From assembly GCF_963921235.1 (NCBI RefSeq), contig NC_086097.1, positions 195,364,001 to 195,428,000 of the forward strand: DNA of 64,000 nt, read 5' to 3'. Positions 21,430-33,529 of this stretch are shown piece after piece. Made by a program: the position numbers and the translations under genes. The notes beneath the pieces are model-generated. The model had not been told where the DNA came from and made no database searches. It saw only the letters and a program-made list of their open reading frames with translations. The stretch's first letter is position 1, and each line of letters opens with the position of its first letter. Source of the stretch: Mobula hypostoma (Eukaryota).

Positions 21430-23600
21430 TTTTTATGGGCACTGTATTCATCTATTCTCTCCTCATTGTCCCTTTAGTTGCCTTCTGCTGGTCTTAAAAA
21501 GTTTCCCAATCCTCTGAACATCCCATTAATTTTCAGTATATTAAATAGTCTTTCTTATTGCTTTTATGCTGTCTTTTTCAGCCACGCTTGCGTCATCATC
21601 CCTTTAGAATACTTCATCTTTGGGATGTGTCTATTCTGCGCCTACTGATTTGCTCCTAGAAACTCCAGCCATGCTGTTGTTGTCCTGCTGGAGTCCCATT
21701 CCAGTCAACTTTAACCAGCTACTCTCTCATGCCTCTGCAATTCCCTTTACTCCACTGACTTCAGCTTCTTCTTCTCAAACTGCAATGTGAATTCTATCAT
21801 ATTATGATCACTGTTTCCTAAAGGTTCTTTTTCCTTACACTCTTTAATCAAATTCAGTTCATTACACAACATCCAATCCAAAATTACCTTTTCCCTGAGG
21901 GGTTCAACCATAAGCTGCTCTAAAAAGCCATCTCATAGGCATTCTATAAACTCCCTCTCTTGGGATCTAGCACTGATCTGAATTTTCCCAAGCTCCCTGC
22001 ATATTGAAATCTTCCATGACCATCATAACAGTGCCCATTTTACATGCCTTTTCTAACTTCTGTTGTATTTTGTACCCAACGTTGTGGCTACTGTTCGGAG
22101 CCCTGTGTATAAAACTCCCATCAAGGTCTTTTTACCCTTGCAGTTTCTTAACTCTACCCTCAACAATTATACATCTTCCAATCCTATGTTACCTCTTTCT
22201 TAGGATTTTATTTCTTTTCTTTACCACAGATCCATCACACCCTGTCCTCCTACCTGCCTATCCTTGGATGTTAAGCTCCCAACTACGATCGTCTTTCAGC
22301 CACAACTCAGTGATGCCCACAACATCAATCCTGTCAATCTCTAACTGTACTACAAGATCATCTATCATATTTCATATACTGCATCCATTCAAATATAACA
22401 CCTGTATTCATCACCATTTACGAATTTGTCCCCATGTTACACTTCTGCCCTATCTTCCTCCTGTCCTTCTTCAGTTTCACTGCACACTCCATCTCCTTGT
22501 TTACCAACTGTCCCATCCTCACCCCTCTCACTCTGGTTCCATCCACCTGCCAAATTAGTTTTGGATCCTTCCCAACAGCTCCAGCAAAACTGCGTACAAG
22601 AATATTTCTCCCCCTTGACATCAGCTGTAACCTATTATTTTTGTACAGGTTTTCCTTCCCCAGAAGAGAACACAATGATCCAGAAATTTGAAACCCTGCC
22701 ACCTGCTCCAATTCCGCAGCCACACATTCATCTGCCACATTATCCTATTCTTACCTTCAATGAAGCGTGAGACAGGCAGCATTCCAGAGATTGTACCCTT
22801 GAAGTCCTGCTTTTCAGCTTTCAACTATATTCTCACTTCAGGACCTCATCCCTTTTCCTACCTTCGATGTTGGTAGCACTATGTACCATGACCCTGGCTG
22901 TTTATCCTTCCCCTTTAGACTGCTGTGGACCTCATTAGAGACATCCCCGACACTGGCATCTGTAAGGTAACATACCATCCATCTGCCTCTTTCATATCCA
23001 CAAAATCTGTTTTCGTCTCCTTTAATTATGGAATCACCATAGTGCACTCCTTTTCTGAGTCAGACTCAGTGCCAAAGACCCAATCACTTTATTATTGAGA
23101 GGAATGGCCACAGGTGTACTCTGCACTGGCTGTCTAATACATTTCCCTTTCCTAACAGTCACCCAGGTACCTGCCTCCTGCAATTTTGGGATGGCTAACT
23201 CCCTGTAGCTCCTAGCTACCACATCTTCATCCTCCTATAGTGGCTGGAGATTATCCAGCTACAGCTCCATTTCCTTGAAGTCTCTAAGGAGCATCAGTTC
23301 AATTCACTTTGTGCAGATGTACCGTAGCTATCAGTGAGACTGGAAGCCTCTTGGAGTTAAAATATTTCCGACGAAGCACATACCCTGGATCCATTCTCCC
23401 CGCACTAGCTACAGTATGTGCTAATAAACAAAGAAAGAAAAAAAACTTATTAGAATCTTACTTAGAACTTCCACCTGTTCTAGCTGAAACTTGTTGAGGT
23501 TGAGCTTGACCACTCTAACACTCGGCCACTCACACAGTGACTCCTCCCACAAAGTCCACTCCACTTACACCTCACATCTTTTTATTGGCCCTTGCTAAGT
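21430..23600 (-). mobile_element. Decayed CR1 5' portion (5' UTR, ORF1 esterase, APE)
   Basis: Minus ORF remnants 'GDSIIKG', 'ISGMLPV...QMNVWLRNW...FKFLDH', 'LQEAGTWVTVRKGK' and GDFN/DH endonuclease remnants. Confidence 0.85.
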
Positions 23601-23729
23601 TACTAATAACCCAAGCAATCTCCTGCTCTGCCCTTCTCACTTCTTAAAACTGGCACATAATGCCCACAAGGAACTGTCTTCAACTCTCTTCATGATCTTA
23701 ATGTTACAGCAATGGCATATATATATCTT

Positions 23730-24089
23730 TTTCTCCCTCTGTCCCTCTGAATATACCTCTTGCCCATCCTCTGGGTCACCCCCCCCCCTTGTCTTTCTTC
23801 CCGGACCTCCTGTCCCATGATCCTCTCGTATCCCCTTTTGCCTATCACCTGTCCAGCTCTCGGCTCTATCCCTCCCCCTCCTGTCTTCGCCTATTATTTT
23901 GCATCTCCCCCTCCCCCTCCAGCTTTCAAATCCCTTACTCACTCTTCCTTCAGTTAGTCCTGACGAAGGGTCTCGACCTGAAACGTCGACTGCGCCTCTT
24001 CCTATAGATGCTGCTTGGCCTGCTGCGTTCACCAGCAACTTTGATGTATGTTGCTTGAATTTCCAGCATCTGCAGAATTCCTGTTGTTT
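23730..24089 (+). mobile_element. Young Penelope-like 3' terminal insertion, perfect 15-bp TSD
   Basis: Highly similar to 17330-17693. TSD GCATATATATATCTT at 23715-23729 and 24090-24104. Confidence 0.93.
23955..23992 (+). ncRNA. Intact minimal type I hammerhead ribozyme (PLE-associated)
   Basis: UAGUC-CUGACGA-A-GGGU CUCG ACCU-GAAA-CG-UC^GACUG. Both core boxes, helix I, helix II, palindromic ACGU helix III and a GUC triplet are present. Confidence 0.88.
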
Positions 24090-26378
24090 GCATATATATA
24101 TCTTGTTCAGTTAAGATTCCGGTCTATGTTGACTTCCACAATGCTGAGAGATTTTACAATTATATCCCATTGAATGCTTGAATGCCAAGGAAGAGTGGTT
24201 AGACTCTATCTTACTGGAGAAAGTAATACACAGGTTGCTTGAAGCTGCAGTAAAATGCTGACTTACCGTCACTTTTATCCCATCCAAGAAATTAATCTCT
24301 GCAGTCCATATTAGGATTTATGCGGCAATGAGGTAGGCACCTAAGTGGTACAGGTGAAACACTAACAGGGGATCACTGCACATGTTATACATGAGTTACG
24401 GGCCTCATGTATCACTTTTGTTAACACTATCCTTCAGTTTGATGATTGAGGGTAAACTGATGGGCTGATACTTGATCAAAATCCATTTGTTCCGCTTTGT
24501 CATAGATTTTACAGTACATTGCTCTTTATAGAGGTTTATCAAAAGCTTTGGAAATTAAGTTTCAGATAAAATTGATCAATAGAAATAAAGAACTTAAAAT
24601 GAATCAGTCATCTGAATCAAAATTAGACTCAGACAAGTTAAAATATAAGAAATATTGATCTCAATAACATAACCTTTGTATTTTCAGGGGCCTAACTGAG
24701 GAATAGACATTGTTTTAATTTCTTACACTGTATAAGAAACAATTTTAATGTATCTTTATTTACTAGCTAGAAATAAGAAAATATCAAAATCAACCTACAG
24801 TTCCAGAATAACGTTCCAAATATGCAGCAAAGTATCAAACTTAAGTCTGATCATACTACATTAAAACCATATATCTAAAGTTGTTCATTTGCTTCACATT
24901 TACCACCTATGTCCAAGGATATGCCAATACCCAACTAATTTTCATTACGTTGGTGTTATTAGAATAAACATAGGAGACAGAAAACTCAGACACAGAAAGA
25001 TTTGCAAGATAAAATCTCAGAATTTGGGAAACACTTCAAAATTCTGACAAAATCTGTAAAGAGAGAATTTGTTAAATTTTCACATCAAGGATATTTCATT
25101 CAGAAAGTATATCTATTTGGACTAATGAATAAATCACTGACAAACTGAACACAAAAGGATCAGTTATGGCTGGCAATAATTTTGTGACATTGAGGTTCCG
25201 CCTCTTCATGTTTTATCTGTGTTGCTTCTGATAAGATTTACTTGATAGTTTATTTTAGTTTCTACTGTGCATTATCCACTGAAAACTTGATTGACATTAC
25301 CCAATATATTTCATTTAAGATCCTTAATGACTGCCAAAGCAGAACAAAGCACCCCATCTGCTCATCAGTTTGGTTTGGATTGTAGCCTAGTCTCCTCTCA
25401 TTACCTAAACCATCATTTTGCAAAATAGAGATCTTTAATTCAGTCTGGTTAATGTAATCATCCTGACAATGAAACCACAGTTTTATACTTTAAAGCTATT
25501 CGTTTACTTTCATTCTTGTATCTTTTTGCATAATAAACACAATATTCTGAATTTTAATGAAAAATTGTACGTACATTAAAAGGAGAAAAAGTAACAAGTA
25601 ACCTGAACCTTCAACAATTTTAATCTAAAAATGACACAAAAGCTATGCAATGCCACTCTTTGCTGACATTTATTCATAATTATGCTCAGTTCCTCCAAAA
25701 ATAATATTTTCTTTATCATAGTTGTACCATTTTTAAATAAAATAGCAGGCCATTGATGCTGAGGAATAGTATACCTATGCATAAACCAAGTGATATGATG
25801 GGACTATGACCATAACATTGAGCATGTGTCACTGGTGTGTTGTATGACCCTCAGAGCACAGTTTATTTTCAGAACTGGATCTGCCAGTGGCTTTGGTGAA
25901 CCTGTGCCTTCTTTGAAAGCACTAGTATCAGGGAAGAGATGCCTAGATGGTGGCATTAGGAATTAGGTTCTGGAGGATGGTAAGGATAAAATCTACATAT
26001 GAAAACACACAAATAACAAACTAAAGTGCATTAATATTAAATATTGTAAGATATGGAACAGATTAACCAGTGACTGTTTGAATACGATGCGGCAGGGAGT
26101 TCAGAAGCCTAATGGCCTGGTGGAAGAAACTTTCCCATATTGACTATTCTTGCTTTCATGCACCAGAGTCTCCTGCCTGATGGTAGAAAGTCAAAGAGGA
26201 TGCTGGATGGATGGGTTCCTTGATAATAGATTCAAATATTTGAGATGACAAGATACCAGCAAGACACATCAGAGGAAAATATAAGGGGAATTGTTTCCCT
26301 GGATAGCTTAGAACTAAAGGTCATATTCTCAAGTATCAGGCAACCAGATGAGGGATTTTTAATTATTATTATTATTAT

Positions 26379-26810
26379 TGCTGAGGCCTCTGTTGGTCAG
26401 GGTCGACCATGGATATTGCATCCTAGCTGTCTATGTGATAATCGAGTCAGGGCAGTACAATATGGAGAGCAAGCTGTTGCCCAGGCAGCAGGCTCCCCCT
26501 CTCCATGAAGCTGATGAATCCAAAGGAACGGCAGAGACTGATGCAGTTTGGCACCAGCGCCTCACAAGAGTTGCCAGTCAATATAGGACTGCATTAGGGA
26601 CTCCAGCTCCAGATTTTCCCTCAGCATTTATATCTGAATCCTTCCCCATGAGTGGGTATAGTCACAAGACAGTGGAGGTATAAAATCATAGTTTTCCTTC
26701 TCCTAGCTGAGCTGCCATCCATAACTGACGAGTTCCATCTGCCTAAAGCGACTAGTTTTAAGGCAGCAGTAACCTGGCTTTTTCCCTTCTTCTCTCAGTA
26801 AAATAGTTCC
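26379..26810. repeat. Interspersed repeat of about 430 bp, unclassified (second copy about 48945-49420)
   Basis: Shared blocks 'gttggtcagggtcgaccatggat...atcctagctgtc', 'aaaggaac(g/a)gcagagac' and 'gggactcc(a/t)gctccaga'. Confidence 0.7.
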
Positions 26811-29800
26811 AGCTTCCCAGCTATGACATCCTTAAGGAACCTTAATAATTCTTCTTCTTGTTTTTTTTTCTATCTCAAGCTGCTAAAGCCTAGCAATGGG
26901 TATAGCCAAGTATGCTCATTTCTCAATTGTTGGGAAGTATTGGACTATTCTAGTGGTGTTTAGAACTGTGGCTTTCTGGAGATTTACATAGACGTTACTG
27001 TGTAGAACTAATTGTTTAATGCTATTGTGTAGTGACTTTGGGATGATAACAGTTGTAAATATTACTATTGGGACAATATACCCAGTTTATGTTCCATAGT
27101 CTTTCAATTCTTTTAATTCAGCATATTTCTGGTGTCTTTCACGTATCAATTTCTGTAAGTTATGTGTATTTGGAATAGCTAATCTATTAAGTAAGCTGAT
27201 CTTGCTTGTTTATCCTTTTTTATTATATCTGGACAGTTATCATGGATTGTCCTATCTGCAATAATGGATCTGCCATATTATAATTTGTAGGAATCTGACT
27301 CTAGCACTGAATTATAATAATTAATAAATTATTATTACTATTATGCAGGATTTAATTATGTTGAACTTCCCTCACATGAATGACTGTGGACAACATGAAC
27401 AATAATTTACTTCAGGTATGAGTAGGTCCATTTCTCAGTGTTTTTAATGATGAGGCAATGATTCTTCAGATAATAAAAAAAATTCAGCAATGAGGATTAA
27501 ACAGAAATTCAAATACAATGTAGTTTTAACCACAGTTTTATTGGATAACAAAATACAAGTAATGTTACTTCTAAGTAAAACTCTGGCATAACTTTTGCAA
27601 TAATAGCAGCTTTCCACTATGAGATTTAAAGCTAGGAATATAAGAAACAAGACCATTGGGTAGGCTATTCCACCCCATGAGCTGTATCTGCCATTAAAGT
27701 AGATCAGTGGTCTCTGTAATTTCATTATGTGCAAGAGTCCAAAGAGGGAAAGGGTCAGCTACTAACATCAGGGAGATTATGAAGGTAAAATTCCCAGACA
27801 TGTTGCCCTTAGAAAACTGGAGATAAGAGCGTGATTCTGTGAACATGCCTGGGAGACAGAGTTAAAAAACCTGACAAGAATTCCTTCCCCACCCACCTGT
27901 GAGTTTTCCAGACCTCTGGCCTACATTGACACCTGTTCTGCATACTTGACAGGACCATGACAAAAAGACATATAGTTAAAAAAAAGTGAAGAACTGGTAG
28001 CACACCTTATTCAGATTTGTTGTGGTAAACAGCAGAAATCCACAAAATCACCACTTGACCCCCAGAGCATTTTGCAGAAGAGTGTGAAGGGAACACAATG
28101 AACCATTTCCCTTGAGTGGCCAATAATAAAACAGAAAACGCAGTCCAGTTTCATCTGGCATCATTCTAATCAAGCTTTGCATGACAAATCACATAGTTTC
28201 TTGCATGTACCACATGTCTGCATAATCACTTCCATATATTAAATATGATTTGGACCTTATCTCTGAAAAATATTGATTTTTCAACACTATAATTTAATAT
28301 GCAAGGCAATCCAAATTCTAGGAAATATATGTCACACAGCTTGATATTACCTCAATAATAATTTACTGGGATTAATGACTTGAAATGATTAGATCATTTG
28401 GACTTGAATAAACTTTATAAATCAAAGAACTCAAAAAAAAATCACAGCAGTTTCTTTTTCACTGTTTGCAGTCTCATTTCAGGTTCTTTAAACTCAAAGT
28501 TTCTAAATGCATTTTTAAAATTTTAAATGAATACTTTAATTGTTGATGAAAATGCTGCTCTTAAAATAGCTTTATGTGGACTTTCAATAGAATACTATAG
28601 TATTTCATATCAAATGTTCACTTTTAATTCAGCACCATTATCATAGCTTTAATTCAATTCTACTTGTAGAAGGTCCATATATTGCAGAAAACAAATCCCA
28701 ATTTCATTATAATTGAACTCCATTTAACATCTTAACCTATAAATTGGATGAAACCCATTTTTACTGTTTAAAATGTGTTATGCTTTAGACTTATTGAAAT
28801 TTGGAAGTCTCAAAAATACACAATATTGCCACAGCCTTGCATTGAGAAAGCGTTCAAGAAATGTTAAAAATTAGAGCTATGAAAATCATATCCCAGAGAC
28901 AGGCCTTAATTCATGCAGAGTTTCACAACAGTGAGCAACAGATGTTTCTGACTGTATGGTGCATAATTTATGCGAGCCAAAGTCAGGATCTTTTGATCCA
29001 ATTTCTAATATTAAATGAATTTGTGATGCACATATTGATAACATCTTTTGGCAATAAAGACACAAATTTTGTTGTAATAGTGGATCACAACAGTAAATGC
29101 CTGGTCCATTTTATTGATAGAAGGACCTGACCAGGAATGTGTGTAAACAGTGAAAAACATGCACAAAGCCATCTGTTATGCACCCCCATCTATGTAAATT
29201 TTCAGTAATTCTGTCTCTAGATACATAGACTGGTGTATTCTAAACTGTGCATCAATTAATCCCTTCATAAAAAAGCGCAAACTTTTATTGAACCTTTGGT
29301 GAATAGTCAGCTGAATTATTATTTTAGTAATAGTGTCACAGTGTAATGCTGTAACGCTTTATTCTGCATTGTTTTGCCCTGTAATACATCAGTGCCCTGC
29401 TGTAGTGAACTGACTTGTGTGGACGGTATGCAAGATAAGTGTTTCATTGTACCTCACTACATGTGACAATAATAAACCAATTTACCATTGTAAACTTAAT
29501 AGTGTTTTTAACACAAAAATGCTGGTTTAATTTGGAGTAATGTCAAGGGTTGTGGAAATACTGAGAATATTGAGTACTTATATTTGTCACAAGATGATAT
29601 AATCAACAAAAGTCATATACCAGTTCTACAATACAATTTTGCATGGTGTAAAATTGACAACCTTTAGTTTTTATTATTAATTTCTGTATTATGTTCAGCA
29701 AATACACTTTTCCTTTAAGGTCAGCTTCTAACCCAATATCTACCTGTATTTTCATTCTTTCATCAGGTGATTGGAAAGCTCCATTTAGGTAGATTAAAGA

Positions 29801-30223
29801 ATTATTTGAAATCAGAGAATGCTGAACAATGTAGCTAGTTTTGTTGAGAGAACCAATTAACATTTCAGGTTTCAAAATATCATCAAAATGAAATATGAAC
29901 TGCTTCACTCCACACACATTGCCCAATCTAAGCTTTCAATAATATTTATTTTTAAATTTCAACTTTGTTTATTTAACAATATGAAGTCAATATTACCATT
30001 TTAATCAGTTTGTAAATTTACATATCAAACACATAATACTCTAATTTTTATTACAATACAGAAAATTAATATCATAAAATATTCTCTTAACCTTGGCTTT
30101 GAATTACTTCAATGCTTCTCTCTCCTCTGATGTCCTTTAAGATTTCTCCATAACGTGCATGCTAACCTCTTCACAACAAGCTGTGGGATTGAAATGTCTG
30201 CTTTTAATCCCACTAGATTATTA

Positions 30224-32053
30224 ATAGAAACCAGAGAAACCATAGAAAAACTACAGCACAGAAACAGGCCTTTTGGCCCTTCTTGGCTGTGTCGAACCAT
30301 TTTCTGCCTAGTCCCACTGACCTGAACACAGACCATATCCCTCCATAGACCTCCCATCCATGTATCTGTCCAATTTATTCTTAAATGTTAAAAAAGAACC
30401 CGCATTTACCACCTCGTCTGGCAGCTCATTCCACACTCCCACTACTCTCTGTGTGAAGAAGCCCCCCCACCCCCAATGTTCCCTTTAAAGTTTTCCCCCT
30501 TCATCCTTAACCCATGTCCTCTGGTTTTTTTCTCCCCTTGCCTCAATGGAAAAAGCCTGCTTGCATTCACTCTATCTATTCCCATCATAATTTTATATAC
30601 CGCTATCAAATCTCCCCTCATTCTTCTACACTCCAGGGAATAAAGTCCTAACATGTTCAACCTTTCTCTGTAACTGAGTTTCTCAAGTCCCAGCAACATC
30701 CTTGTAAACTTTCTCTGCACTCATTTCAAAATGAACACAATACTCCAGATTCGGCCTCATCGATGCCTTATACAACCTCATCATAACATTCCAGCTCTTA
30801 TACTCAATACTTTGATTAATAAAGGCCAATGTGCAAAAAGCTCTCTTTACGACCCTATCTACCTGTGACGACACTTTTAGGGAATTTTGTAACTGTATTC
30901 CCAGATCCCTCTGTTCTACTGCACTCCTCAGTGCCTTACCATTTACCCTGTATGTTCTACCTTGGTTTGTCCTTCCAAAGTGCAATACCTCACACTTGTC
31001 TATATTAAACTCCGTCTGCCATTTTGCAGCCCATTTTTCCAGCTGGTCCAAATCCCTCTGCAAGCTTTGAAAACCTTCCTCACTGTCCACTACACCTCCA
31101 ATCTTTGTATCATCAGCAAATTTGCTGATCCAGTTTACCACATTATCATCCAGATCATTGATATAGATGACAAATAACAATGGACCCAGCACTGATCCCT
31201 GCGGCACACCACTAGTCACAGCCCTCCACTCTGAGAAGCAATCCTCCACTACCACTCTCTGGCTTCTTCCATTGAGCCAATGTCTAATCCAATTTACCAC
31301 TTCTCCATGTATACCTAGCGAGTGAATTTTCCTAACTAACCTCCCATGCGGGACCTTGTCAAAGGCCTTACTGAAGTCCATGTAGACAAACTCCACTGCC
31401 TTCCCTTCATCCACTTTCCTGGTAACCTCCTCGAAAAACTCCAATAGATTGGTCAAACATGACCTACCACGCACAATGCCATGTTGACTCTCCCTAATAA
31501 GTCCCTGTCTATCCAAATGCTTGTAGATTCTGTCTCTTAGTACTCCCTCCAATAACTTAACCACTACTGACGTCAAACTTACCGGCCTATAATTTTACTG
31601 GATTACTTTTGGATCCTTTTTTAAACAACGGAACAACATGAGCCATTCTCCAATCCTCCAGAACCTCACCCCTAGACACCGACATTTTAAATATATCTGC
31701 CAGGGCCCCTGCAATTTCAACACTAGTCTCCTTCAAGGTCCGAGGGAATACCCTGTCAGGTCCTGGGGATTTATCCACTTTAATTTGCCTCAAGACAGCA
31801 AGCACCTCCTCCTTTTCAATCTGTACAGTTTTCATGTTCTCACTACTGTTTCCCTTAATTCCGCAGACTTCATGCCAGTTTCCTTAGTAAATACAGACGC
31901 AAAAAAAGCCATTTAAGATCTCCCCCATTTCTTTTAGTTCCGCACATAGCTGACCACTCTGATCTTCAAGAGGACCAATTTTATCCCTTACGATCCTTTT
32001 ACTCTTAATATACCTGTAAAAGCTCTTTGGATTATCCTTCACTTTGCTGGCCA
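30224..32053 (-). mobile_element. Young 5'-truncated CR1 LINE
   Basis: Minus ORFs 31587-31835, 30683-31576 and 30442-30720. 3' tail at 30224-30260. Confidence 0.95.
30683..31576 (-). pseudogene. CR1 reverse transcriptase domain (297-aa open segment of truncated ORF2)
   Basis: [28 protein letters not shown] and KFADDTK lie in one frame, bounded by frameshifts. Confidence 0.9.
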
Positions 32054-33529
32054 AGAAAGAAAATTAGCACAATACAATAATGAATCCCTCTTGGCTGTGT
32101 TCCTGTTGTATGTCCACAAGCCAGATATTTATCTCTTCACTGGGAAATATTCCAAATGTATTCCTAGTTTGCATAAAACTTTTCTTTAAAAATGAAGTCA
32201 CCTAATTCTGAAAATTGAGTAATCATGTCTTTTTTTTAAAAAAAAAGGGATCAGCTATAAAAGGCACAAAATTTTTGGCATTAATGCCCGGTTTAGTTTT
32301 AAAATTATATTATCATATTCATTTGATCATAATCATTGCAATATCCTTTTCTTTTTATTTGCTTTGCTCAATATTGAATACCAAGGTAGTTCCCAAACAC
32401 AAGCAAAAACAGTTCCAAGTAAATAGACTATGGCCTGATAGTTATATGTGCATGCCTTAGCTTGCCATGTACACCATTGGAGCTTAATGAAGCATGATGG
32501 CTCCAGAGAGCTGTGTTGATTATAATGACAACCACGTTACAATTAAGCCAACAATTGTAATGAGGTTCAGGTGAAAAAAAAATGTCAACTAAATTAAACA
32601 TTGATCATGATTCATTTGTCTGCTCATTCTTGCTTCATTACATGTAAAGGACCTTCTTATAATCAATTTGCTCTCCATTTAAGATGGAATTTCCATTGAT
32701 GTTATTTCCAATGTCCTTGTACCTTGGCCAGAAATTGCTTCCTGAGAATTCACCCTTAAAGAAAATGTGAGACAACTCAAGAGAAGTCTTTCAGATCATT
32801 GTGAAAGGATATTTAATGAGAGGCTCCTAGGGAGAAAGCACAAAAGGATGAAAGGAGATGAAGAAACTGGTGGTAAGCAGAACAGAAATCCAAGCGGATT
32901 TAATGGCAAGACATCCCTATTGATTTTCTTTAAATTATTCTTCCGCACCTCAAACCAGCTTAAGTCTTAGTCACAGATTCAAAAAACCTGGATGCTGAAT
33001 TCTAGGGCATTTTATTGTTCTAACGTAAAGAACTTCTGTACAGAAAAATAAAATGGTTCAAATAAACTACTTTTTAAATTCATTTTTCTATTAAACTACG
33101 ATTAAATCTTTGAATTGAACCAATATTTGAAATTGAACAAAATAAACTAACTTTATGCCCCAAAATGAACAAAACTGTACTACATTCAGAAATGAGGTAA
33201 ATAATATTCCTCAGGTACCCCAATCCTTTTTGCAAGTTGATGTAATATCTACAGTACATAAACTGGGTCAGATCTTGCAAGACAAGTGTATCTATTGCTG
33301 ATATCAGAGAAGTTCACATAGTGTCACTGGGCAAGCAGGCTGATAATGCTGGAATGAAATCAATGGATCACCATGCACCTTAATGATCAATTAGAAACTA
33401 ATTTCAGATCTAAGAAGTAATCAGAGAAGGATTGTTGTTAATTATTGTGAGTGAGTTCAACGTCTAATCATAAAAGGATTAATTAGTGAAGGAAAGATGA
33501 ACTAAAAGAAATATAAACTAAATGCTGTG

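Noticed and set aside
27444..29926. Short ORFs in AT-rich unique DNA as host exons
   Set aside because: No recognisable protein similarity or consistent splice structure.
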